Shown here piece by piece: positions 1 through 8,129 of a stretch of DNA of 60,721 nucleotides; the stretch's first letter is position 1; each line of letters begins with the position of its first letter. Under the pieces are notes generated by a model. It was not told the origin of the DNA. It did not search any database and saw nothing but the letters and a program-made list of their open reading frames with translations. Position numbers and translations under genes: made by a program. The stretch comes from an uncultured Thermococci archaeon (lineage in GTDB: Archaea; Methanobacteriota_B; Thermococci; Thermococcales; CAYNOZ01), in NCBI GenBank assembly GCA_964436705.1, contig CAYTEI010000002.1:27199-87919 (forward strand), written 5' to 3'.

Positions 1-1
1 G

Positions 2-3000
2 ATTGAATTTCCTAGTGGAACTACTTTAATTCATGGTGATAACGGTTCTGGGAAGACAAGTATTTTGCTAGGTATTTTTGGTGGTCTCTTTCCGTCTGAA
101 ATGAAGTCAGAAAATCCTAACAACATTAAAATTGGTGATCTTATTCGTGGTAGAGAAGGAGAAGGAGAGATCGAACTTACTTTTGAAGTAAATGATAAAA
201 TTTTCCATATATCTTGGGTCATTGAATCTAAGGAAGATGATGGTAGCTTTTCTTCTCGAACTAAGGAATGTACTTTGAGATCCTCTGAAATTGGTGAACC
301 TTTAATTGGAGTTAAGGATGTAAATTCGTTTGTTAAAAAACTTTTAGGTATGGATGAAAAGTCTTTTGCTAATTCTGTTTACGTTCAGCAGGGCGAAATT
401 GATAAATTAATTAACGCAAGTAGCAATAAAAGGCAAGAGATGATTGATAGATTACTTGGTTTGGAAAAGCTTGATAGGTATATTTCAAGAATGAAAGAGA
501 CCAGAGGGGCTGCTGATGAGGTCATTAGAAATAGTAAAAGTAAGATGGAAACTAGGCAGGAAGATCTTACCAGCATTAAGGAAAAACAAATCCTAAAAAA
601 GCAAAGAAAGGATTTTTCTAACCAAATTAAAGATAAAAATAACACTATTGAAAAAATTGAAAATCATATTGAAGAGTTAAAGAAAGCTGAAAATAATTTA
701 GAGAAAAAAATCCAGGATTATGAGAAAAAACAAGAAGAGATGAAAAATAAAAAAGATGAGCTTGAAAAATTAAGTGAAGAAAAGGAATCAGAAGGTAATA
801 AGATCGATAAGAAACTTAAGAAGAGCGAAGAACTTCGAGAAGACATAAAAGAAATTATGAACAAATTAGAGAAAATAAATAAGGATTTACCGAACTATAG
901 TGTTTTAAAAAAACCTGAAGCCGAAGAATGTAGGAAAGAAACCGAAAATAAAGTCCTTAAATCCAGAGATAAAGTCAAAGATCTAAAAAACGAAATAAAG
1001 AATATTAAAGATAATATACAAGATTTAAAATCCAACCTTAAAGAAAAAGAGAACAAAATAAACGAATATAAATCTGAAATAAATGACATCGAACTTAAAA
1101 TCAAAGAAAAGAAACAAAAGCTAAATGATATTAAAGAAGACCTATCTGAGAAAAAAGAAAAGAGAAATAATAGAATTAAAAACCTTTTTGAGGATAAGGA
1201 AAGCATAAATGATCAAGATAAATCCTCCATTGAAGATAGAGTTGAAAAACTGAATAAAAAGAGAGAAAAAGTAAATAAAGATATCAAAGAAATTGAAACC
1301 CGAATAGAAGGAATAAAAAACCGTAAGAAAGAAAAATATTCCAAAATTAATAAAATAAAGAAAGAAATTAAGAATTTAGAGGAAGAAAAAGAAAGAATTT
1401 CTTCTAAAATAGATAAGAAGGAGAAAAAATTAGAAAATAAAAAAGATAAATTCTCAGAGAAAATTAATGAATTAAATAAAATAGCAGAAGAAACTGGAAT
1501 AAAATTAGACAAGAATAATTTAGAGCCTTTAAGAGACAGAAAAATAGAAGATGAACGAAATAATATCGATAAAAAACTTGAAAGCCTTTCTAATGAATTA
1601 AAACAACTTGAAAAAGAGAAAAACGAACTAGGAAACAGAAAAGAAAAAGTAATCAAAATGCAAGAGAGTGGAGTATGCCCAACCTGTGGTCAATTAGTTA
1701 CTGAAGATCATATCCCTGAGCAAGGAGAACTCAAACAAAAGATAGAGAAGAAAGAAAAGGAAATAGAAACAAAAGAAAAAAGTATTAAAGACCTTGAAAT
1801 AAGGAAAAACCTTCTAGGTGAACTAAGAAAAAAAACAGTGAAAACCATAAAATTCAAAGAAGAAAACATAATTAGCCACGAAAAAAGACTTGATGAGCTT
1901 AAATCTGATAGAGAAAGAGCTAAAGAAAGAATAAATGAGAAATCAGATGAAATTAAGAATATAGAGGAAGAAATTCGCTCCATAGATGAAAGGAGTCAGA
2001 AATTTTCAGAGGAAGAATCAGAACTAAAAAAAGAAAGAAAAAATTTACAAGAAAAGATAAAGAACGGAAACTTAATTATCGAACTTTACGAAGAGATTAA
2101 AAATATTAAAGATAAAATAAATGATCTAAAAGAAGGAATCAATGATCTTAATGCAAAAAAAGATGGCCTGAATAAAGAAGCTGAAAAAGAAAAAAATGAA
2201 ATCGAGAGGATCGAAGATAACATAGGAAAAAAAGAGAAAGCCCTAGAAAAAAAAGAAGTCTCCCTAAAAAAATCTAAAAATGAATTAAAAAACATTAGGA
2301 AGATTAGATCAAAGATCAGGTCTAGTATCGAAAAACATGAAGAAATAAATGATTTAAAAAAGGAAATAGAGAAAAATCAAGAAATTATTAAAAATAAAAG
2401 AAACCATCTAAATAGCATTAAAAAGCAATATAATAATCTAAAAAAAGATATTAAATCAATAGAAAAAGATATAAAAGAAAAAAACATCAAAAAACAAAAA
2501 AACAAGCTAAATAAGCTTAAAAACAAAACAAAAGAAACCAAAAAACAAAAAAAGAAACAAATTGAAGAAAAAGAAGATCTTCAAAAGAAAAAAACCAATA
2601 TAGAAAATAAACTTGAACGAATAGAAAACCTAAAAAATAAAATAAATAACCTGGAAAAACAAATAAACTGGGCCAACAATATCTATGAAGAAATAGAAAA
2701 CATCATCAAGAGTTATAGAACCGTCAAAGAACAACTTAGAAATAAAAACCTAGAATATATTAATTATTATACAAACGAGATATTTGAAGATCTATACCAA
2801 AGCTCCAGCTATGAAAGAGTATACATAGATGAAAATTACGAAATACAACTAATTAAAGGAGATAAAAGCTCTATCTCACCAGAAAACCTAAGTGGTGGAG
2901 AGCAGGCCATCGTTAATTTAGCCCTTAGAGCCGGCATCTATAGAGTGATAGCAGAAAGGGATCAAAATCGTAATCAAAGCCTTCCACCTTTCATACTGGA

Positions 3001-3205
3001 TGAACCAACCACTTATCTAGATGATGAGCATGTAAATCAGTTAGAGGAGATGCTAGATACCATTAAGGACTGGAATGTTTCTCAAGTCATAGTCGTCAGT
3101 CATGATGATTCTCTAATACATAGTGCAGATCATGAATGCAGAGTTAAAAAAGACCCTTCAGAGGATGTCAGCAGTGTTGAACTTAGAATTGGACAGGTGA
3201 GTTAA
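2..3205 (+). CDS. rad50: Rad50 double-strand-break repair ATPase, 5' end truncated by window edge
   Basis: The frame is open from nt 2 and encodes Walker A GDNGSGKTSIL upstream of the first ATG (65). Q-loop YVQQGEI. Long K/E/N-rich coiled coil with zinc hook CPTC (nt 1676-1687). Signature LSGGEQ, Walker B FILDEPT, H-loop VSHD. Confidence 0.93.
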   Translation: MEFPSGTTLIHGDNGSGKTSILLGIFGGLFPSEMKSENPNNIKIGDLIRGREGEGEIELTFEVNDKIFHISWVIESKEDDGSFSSRTKECTLRSSEIGEPLIGVKDVNSFVKKLLGMDEKSFANSVYVQQGEIDKLINASSNKRQEMIDRLLGLEKLDRYISRMKETRGAADEVIRNSKSKMETRQEDLTSIKEKQILKKQRKDFSNQIKDKNNTIEKIENHIEELKKAENNLEKKIQDYEKKQEEMKNKKDELEKLSEEKESEGNKIDKKLKKSEELREDIKEIMNKLEKINKDLPNYSVLKKPEAEECRKETENKVLKSRDKVKDLKNEIKNIKDNIQDLKSNLKEKENKINEYKSEINDIELKIKEKKQKLNDIKEDLSEKKEKRNNRIKNLFEDKESINDQDKSSIEDRVEKLNKKREKVNKDIKEIETRIEGIKNRKKEKYSKINKIKKEIKNLEEEKERISSKIDKKEKKLENKKDKFSEKINELNKIAEETGIKLDKNNLEPLRDRKIEDERNNIDKKLESLSNELKQLEKEKNELGNRKEKVIKMQESGVCPTCGQLVTEDHIPEQGELKQKIEKKEKEIETKEKSIKDLEIRKNLLGELRKKTVKTIKFKEENIISHEKRLDELKSDRERAKERINEKSDEIKNIEEEIRSIDERSQKFSEEESELKKERKNLQEKIKNGNLIIELYEEIKNIKDKINDLKEGINDLNAKKDGLNKEAEKEKNEIERIEDNIGKKEKALEKKEVSLKKSKNELKNIRKIRSKIRSSIEKHEEINDLKKEIEKNQEIIKNKRNHLNSIKKQYNNLKKDIKSIEKDIKEKNIKKQKNKLNKLKNKTKETKKQKKKQIEEKEDLQKKKTNIENKLERIENLKNKINNLEKQINWANNIYEEIENIIKSYRTVKEQLRNKNLEYINYYTNEIFEDLYQSSSYERVYIDENYEIQLIKGDKSSISPENLSGGEQAIVNLALRAGIYRVIAERDQNRNQSLPPFILDEPTTYLDDEHVNQLEEMLDTIKDWNVSQVIVVSHDDSLIHSADHECRVKKDPSEDVSSVELRIGQVS

Positions 3206-4477
3206 ATGGTTGATCCTGAAGCTTTGAATATTATGGAAAAAATATTTAGTAAGATCAATAATACGATTCCTCAGTCTAACGAAGAGCATAGAGATTATGC
3301 TAGGAAGATTTATCGGTATTTAAATAAAAGTGGAGGGCAAATTGAATGTTTAGAAGTCCCGAAGGTCTATTCTATAGATGTAGCTGAGATAGGTACCTGG
3401 TCCAAGGATCCTTGGGATAAAAACTATGGACTTGACTCGAGTGATACCAGACCAATAGAGTACAGTAATGGTTTGATATTAGATAATGCCTATGCCAAAA
3501 TTGGTACTTCTGGCAAAACACAAGATAAAAGTATTGAAAGAAGAGGTACGATTATAAATACATTTTATTTTAAAGATGAAAAGTTTAACTTACCCGACGA
3601 AGTAGTTGAAGATAATAACAACATCCATGCTGAAATTGTTAACTATCCAGGATCAGAATGGTCTAAAAGCATTAGTAATACTGTAGCTATGATTTCAAGG
3701 AATTTAGCTGAGAGCCAACATGGTAAAAAACATCTAGACCAAATAGATGGTCCTCTGTTCGTTGACGGATCAATTTATCCTCTAGGATTGATATATTGGG
3801 AGGGTCTTTCCAAATCAGGACTAAAATCTCCCTCAAGTAACTGGAAAAAACCTAAAGAAATAATAAAAAATTATATAAATATTATCGAAGGTATGAAAGA
3901 TAAAAATCTACCAGTTATTGGTATTGTTAAAACTTCATCTTCTAAATACTTACTAGAAGCTTTGAATAGCAAAATAGAACAGAACAAAAATAAAAAAGGT
4001 AACATACCCTGGGAAACCGATCATCAGTTCATAAGTGAAGTCCTTCATAATCAAAACAAGTCCAAATTAGTTTACACTTCATGGTTAAAACATAAAAAAA
4101 CTAGAATAGAAAGGAGCTCAACATCTAAAAAGTATGAGGAACTTGAAGGATTTGATTTAAAACATGGAAAACCCAAAAGGTATCGTAGAGCCTTTTTTTA
4201 TGTTCGGTTACCAAAAAATGGGGTTATATTCCGAGTTGAGGCTCCATACTTAATGATGGAAAAAATAGATAGAGAAAAAATCCGATATAAAGCCCTAAGT
4301 GAAATAGCTAAAAATATGGATATTCCAAAATCCATTAAAAGAGCAGATAAATTGGCTAACATATCCATCGAAAATAAAGATAAGTTAAAATCACAGATTA
4401 AGAGAACTGATCCTTTATTTAATTACAATTGGGACGGAAGATGGAAGGATTTGGAAAAAGATCTATGGCGTGATTAA
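3206..4477 (+). CDS. nurA: NurA 5'-3' nuclease
   Basis: ATG directly abuts the rad50 stop (TAAATG). NurA-like acidic motifs (GLDSSDT, FVDGSIYPLG). Lies between rad50 and herA as in archaeal mre11-rad50-herA-nurA loci. Confidence 0.8.
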   Translation: MVDPEALNIMEKIFSKINNTIPQSNEEHRDYARKIYRYLNKSGGQIECLEVPKVYSIDVAEIGTWSKDPWDKNYGLDSSDTRPIEYSNGLILDNAYAKIGTSGKTQDKSIERRGTIINTFYFKDEKFNLPDEVVEDNNNIHAEIVNYPGSEWSKSISNTVAMISRNLAESQHGKKHLDQIDGPLFVDGSIYPLGLIYWEGLSKSGLKSPSSNWKKPKEIIKNYINIIEGMKDKNLPVIGIVKTSSSKYLLEALNSKIEQNKNKKGNIPWETDHQFISEVLHNQNKSKLVYTSWLKHKKTRIERSSTSKKYEELEGFDLKHGKPKRYRRAFFYVRLPKNGVIFRVEAPYLMMEKIDREKIRYKALSEIAKNMDIPKSIKRADKLANISIENKDKLKSQIKRTDPLFNYNWDGRWKDLEKDLWRD

Positions 4478-4478
4478 A

Positions 4479-6266
4479 ATGAACGAAGATATAGATAAAC
4501 TTTTAGAGAAAGATCCAACTAATTCAAACAATAAGAAAGAAAAAATGGATAAAGAGACACCCGAATCCGAAGTAAAGGAACAATCTGTTCCAAATAAAGT
4601 TACAGAAGATCAAGAAAGTGAGATCGGACACATAGTTACTAGTGAGACATTAAAAGTAGGCCAAAACGAGAATGAAATTAGAGGATTTATTAGGACAGAC
4701 AGCAGAAATAAAGTTAGAGTCGGAGATTATATAGAAATTAATTACCCCGAAAATAAAGAAACTCTCTTTGGATCAATTAAAAGTTTGAAATATGAACCTT
4801 ACACAGAGATAGACGATAAAAATGATTCACACCATCATATCAGCCGAAATCAAGATTTAAATGAATCCGATTACCCATTAATCGCAGAACTTGAACCTGT
4901 ATCTATATTAGAACAAGAAAAGGCAAAATTAAGCAGAAGATCCGTTGATAGAGTTCCAAAGCCCAATACCACTATTAAGATCTGTAGGAATGAAAAAAAA
5001 TTAAGAACAGGCTTAAATATTCCCAAAAATGGTATATTCGTTGGATTTGTATCAGTAGGAGGGAAAAAACAGCCTAGAGACCCTCCATTACCCTATTTAT
5101 TGCAAAATCCTGGAATGGACCCGGAGGGAAATATCGAACCAGGAGAGCCTGCAATATTCAGGCATATTTTAGTATCAGGTAGTACTGGAAAGGGTAAAAC
5201 TCATTTCAATAAGAATTTATTACGTCAATTTGTTAATGGGAAGAGATACCCAATAAGTAATTTAGAAGATGAAAAAGAGAAAAGAAAACTTGGAATAGTA
5301 ATAATAGATCCAGAGAATGAATATTCTGAACTTGCCTCGGATAATCCAAATCTAGAAAACATCGAAGAACTAAAAGACTTAGGTATAGAAGTTGGCGGAG
5401 TAAAAAATCTTAAATCTTTCATTCCTAGCGCCGGATCAACTAATGATCCGAAATTGAAGGAATTTATGAAGTTCACTATACCGTTTTCAATGGTACTAGA
5501 GAGACCAGAGTTGTTAATGCCATATGAACCTTCTCCCGTAACCAGAGGAGCCTTAGAAGACTTAATTAATTCCTACTTTCAGAAAAAGAAAAAACACTCT
5601 TATGAAGGATTTTTATCATACTTAGAACAAAATGAGGAAGATTTAAAGAAAAGTAATAGTATAGCCGATTCTACTTGGGATGCCGTATTAAGGCGTATTG
5701 AGAAAAAAGTTTATCATCAGGTGTTCGATCAGGGGGGAAAACCATTCACAGAGATTACAAATGAAATATTTAGACCTGGACAGGTCTCTGTTATACCTAC
5801 GAGCCATCTAAAAGGTCGGAAGGAGAATATTATCGTTTTATCTATACTTTCATATATCGTTGAGAATAAGATCGAAGATTATGAACCAGATAAAAATATT
5901 AAGGAGACTCCCTTATTATTGTCTGTCGATGAAGCTCATAATTATCTTGCAAGAGCTGAGAATATTCAAGAACAATATATAATCGAGAAATTTAGAGAAG
6001 CTGCTAAACAGGGACGTAAGGACAAACTTGGACTAAATATGATAACTCAGAACCCACAGGACATAGATGATCAAATTCTTAAACAAACAAATACTAGGAT
6101 ACTTCTCGGTCTAAGTGAGGAAGTTGTAGAAAGTATTAAAGTTCCAAAAGGATTCGAAAGGAATATTCCACTATTCAAGAAGGGTCAAGCCGTTGTTAAA
6201 GCTCCAGATGTTGAACCAGTTGAAATACTAGGTCTGAAAAAATGCGTAACAAAACACTCCAACTAA
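4479..6266 (+). CDS. herA: HerA FtsK-like hexameric DNA helicase/translocase
   Basis: Walker A GSTGKGKTH and Walker B LLLSVDEAHNY. ATG 4479 is 1 nt after the nurA stop (alternative in-frame GTG at 4470). Low-complexity charged N-terminal extension of about 55 aa. Confidence 0.88.
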   Translation: MNEDIDKLLEKDPTNSNNKKEKMDKETPESEVKEQSVPNKVTEDQESEIGHIVTSETLKVGQNENEIRGFIRTDSRNKVRVGDYIEINYPENKETLFGSIKSLKYEPYTEIDDKNDSHHHISRNQDLNESDYPLIAELEPVSILEQEKAKLSRRSVDRVPKPNTTIKICRNEKKLRTGLNIPKNGIFVGFVSVGGKKQPRDPPLPYLLQNPGMDPEGNIEPGEPAIFRHILVSGSTGKGKTHFNKNLLRQFVNGKRYPISNLEDEKEKRKLGIVIIDPENEYSELASDNPNLENIEELKDLGIEVGGVKNLKSFIPSAGSTNDPKLKEFMKFTIPFSMVLERPELLMPYEPSPVTRGALEDLINSYFQKKKKHSYEGFLSYLEQNEEDLKKSNSIADSTWDAVLRRIEKKVYHQVFDQGGKPFTEITNEIFRPGQVSVIPTSHLKGRKENIIVLSILSYIVENKIEDYEPDKNIKETPLLLSVDEAHNYLARAENIQEQYIIEKFREAAKQGRKDKLGLNMITQNPQDIDDQILKQTNTRILLGLSEEVVESIKVPKGFERNIPLFKKGQAVVKAPDVEPVEILGLKKCVTKHSN

Positions 6267-6546
6267 TTTCCCTTTTTACATTATATCCAGGTTATTCAGA
6301 AGAACTCAGAACCTAAGAATTAATTTTGAAATATGAATCAAAATTCATAATAAGTTTAGAATCCTAATTATCAACTAAATAAACTTCATTTAAATTATTC
6401 TAATTATTTGCATATAATTAGCTTGTATTAGTTTATATATATGCTTATATTTATCAAAATCTTTACCATCCACCTTCTTACTTTATTCTAGTTAATCCAG
6501 TTGGATCATAATAATCAAGTTCGGATTTCAAATTATAAATATATCT

Positions 6547-6600
6547 ATTTTGTAGTAAAAGGATTAAGTACACAATTTTGTAACAAAAAACCTTATATGG
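6547..6600 (+). promoter_or_regulatory. Putative promoter of the rubredoxin-SOR unit: two 14-nt direct repeats followed by a TATA box
   Basis: ATTTTGTAGTAAAA (6547-6560) and ATTTTGTAACAAAA (6575-6588) match at 12/14, 28 nt apart. A-rich BRE-like run plus TTATAT at 6593-6598, about 45-60 nt before the rubredoxin start. Confidence 0.4.
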
Positions 6601-6641
6601 CCTGACAAAGAAAAGAATAATGTGATGATTTTAAAATATAA

Positions 6642-6818
6642 TTGGGAGGGATTACAATAGATAAATACAGATGTGTAGTTTGTGGTTATATCTATGATCC
6701 TGAGGAAGGAGATCCTCAGAACAGTGTTGAGCCTGGAACTTCTTTCGAAGAAATTTCAGAGGAATGGGTTTGTCCAGTATGTGGGGCACCCAAATCTGAT
6801 TTCGAGGTTGTAAATTAA
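6642..6818 (+). CDS. rd: Rubredoxin (start codon uncertain: TTG 6642, or SD-led ATA 6657)
   Basis: Not in the ORF track (below the length cutoff). Translation [52 protein letters not shown] matches classical rubredoxins (CxxCG ... CPxCG). GGGAGGG at 6644-6650. Confidence 0.85.
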   Translation: MGGITIDKYRCVVCGYIYDPEEGDPQNSVEPGTSFEEISEEWVCPVCGAPKSDFEVVN

Positions 6819-6832
6819 AGGAGGTGAATATT

Positions 6833-7222
6833 TTGCCTGAAAAAACTGAAGAATCTTGTGAAGACGATCTTTTCTGCGGTTATAATTCTAGTGAAGGTAA
6901 GGACCCAGAAGATATGGATGCTTTAGAAAAGAAGCACACTCCAGTTATCAGTGTCGAAGAAGAATGTTCTGAATGTGATAGTGATCACATGAAGGTTACC
7001 GTAGAATTAGGGAAACATAAGGATCATCCAAATGATCATGACCACTTCATTCAATGGATTGAGCTCTATTCTGGAGATACATTTTTAACTAGACAAACTT
7101 TCCGAGATGAAAGATCAGAACCAGTTTTAACTGCTCATATTAATCTCGAACATAAACATGATCTCGCGGCCCATGCACTTTGTAATCTTCACGGACAGTG
7201 GATTTCCCATTGTGAATTTTAA
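6833..7222 (+). CDS. sor: Superoxide reductase (1Fe neelaredoxin / desulfoferrodoxin centre-II type)
   Basis: EKKHTPVI, HPNDHDHFIQWIELY and CNLHGQW ligand motifs. AAGGAGGTG at 6818-6826 favours TTG 6833 over the track's GTG 6824, which lies inside the SD. Confidence 0.85.
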   Translation: MPEKTEESCEDDLFCGYNSSEGKDPEDMDALEKKHTPVISVEEECSECDSDHMKVTVELGKHKDHPNDHDHFIQWIELYSGDTFLTRQTFRDERSEPVLTAHINLEHKHDLAAHALCNLHGQWISHCEF

Positions 7223-7237
7223 ATATTTGCTTGAATC

Positions 7238-7261
7238 TTTTTTATTGTTTTTTTTTCTTTT
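7238..7261 (+). terminator. Oligo-T archaeal terminator-like tract after sor
   Basis: T6 (7238-7243), T9 (7248-7256) and T4 runs begin 16 nt after the sor stop and end before the EncFtn SD. Confidence 0.45.
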
Positions 7262-7278
7262 AATTAGGAGGTAATAAT

Positions 7279-7581
7279 ATGGCTCATGAATTACATGAAG
7301 ATAAGGAAGATTTATCTGAAAAAACCTTAGATTTAAGACGTGCTATTGATTCTCTTATTGAGGAGCTTGAGGCCGTTGAGTGGTATCAAGAAAGATTTGA
7401 TGCTACAGAGGATAATGAACTTAAGGATATTCTTGCTCATAATAGGGATGAGGAGAAAGAACACGCTGCGATGGTTATAGAATGGCTCAGAAGGGAAGAT
7501 GAAGTTTTCAAAGAAGAAATGGAAGATTATTTATTTACAGAGAACAAAATAGCCGAGTTAGAGGAGGAAATAAAGGAATGA
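7279..7581 (+). CDS. Encapsulated-ferritin-like (EncFtn family) protein lacking a C-terminal encapsulin targeting tail
   Basis: EELEAVEWYQERFDAT...ILAHNRDEEKEHAAMVIEWLRR...YLFTE closely parallels my recollection of Rhodospirillum rubrum EncFtn. AGGAGGT lies 6 nt upstream. The stop overlaps the rubrerythrin ATG (ATGA). Confidence 0.8.
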   Translation: MAHELHEDKEDLSEKTLDLRRAIDSLIEELEAVEWYQERFDATEDNELKDILAHNRDEEKEHAAMVIEWLRREDEVFKEEMEDYLFTENKIAELEEEIKE

Positions 7582-8081
7582 GAGATATGAGTAGACAGAA
7601 TCTCAAAGAGGCTTTTGCCGGGGAAAGCCAAGCTCACATGAAATACAAAATTTTTGCTGAACAAGCCGAAAAAGAAGGTTTCAAAAATTTAGCCCGAATG
7701 TTCAAAGCTGTATCTTATGCGGAAGAGGTTCATGCTCGTAACCATCTTAAAGCTCTTGGAGAAGTCGGGGATTCAATGGATAATCTTCAAGAGGCAAAAG
7801 AAGGGGAAGATTATGAAGTCAAGGAAATGTATCCAGCTTTTAGAGCTGTTGCAAAACAACAAAATGAAGATGAGGCTGTAAAATATATTGAATATGCTTT
7901 AGAAGCTGAAGAAATTCACTCAGAGATGTATGAAGAAGCAAAAAAATTAATTGCACAAGGAAATGATATTTCAGACAAAGAATTTCTGATATGCCCTGTA
8001 TGTGGCTATACAGCTAAGGAACAATCCCCAGACAGGTGTCCAGTATGCAATACAAAAGGCGAAAAGTTTAAGGGATTTTGA
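7578..8081 (+). CDS. rbr: Rubrerythrin
   Basis: N-terminal diiron four-helix-bundle motifs (AFAGESQAHMKY, EEVHA, EAEEIHSEMY). C-terminal rubredoxin-like CPVCGY...CPVC. Confidence 0.9.
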   Translation: MRDMSRQNLKEAFAGESQAHMKYKIFAEQAEKEGFKNLARMFKAVSYAEEVHARNHLKALGEVGDSMDNLQEAKEGEDYEVKEMYPAFRAVAKQQNEDEAVKYIEYALEAEEIHSEMYEEAKKLIAQGNDISDKEFLICPVCGYTAKEQSPDRCPVCNTKGEKFKGF

Positions 8082-8129
8082 TATCTTTCTTAGTCTTTTA
8101 TTCTATATTAATTAGTAGGTGAAAATTTC

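Noticed and set aside
31-2295. Six minus-strand ORFs (31-222, 385-645, 895-1206, 1213-1656, 1708-1983, 2086-2295) inside rad50, all Ser/Leu/Phe-rich.
   Set aside because: They are the antisense image of the AAA/GAA-rich coiled-coil codons (TTT/TTC/CTT). They are low-complexity, lack an SD, and are fully embedded in a well-supported gene.
6332-6349. Hairpin TATGAAT-caaa-ATTCATA 65 nt after herA.
   Set aside because: It is an AT-only 7-bp stem with no following T-tract. Such palindromes are common in DNA this AT-rich, so it is not enough to call a terminator or operator.
6267-6640. Long AT-rich intergenic regions (6267-6640, 47250-47836, 57674-58497) as possible replication origins, including the ATCCAgtTGGAT element at 6495-6506.
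   Set aside because: There are no repeated ORB/mini-ORB-like elements and no adjacent orc1/cdc6 gene. Only a single short palindrome is present.
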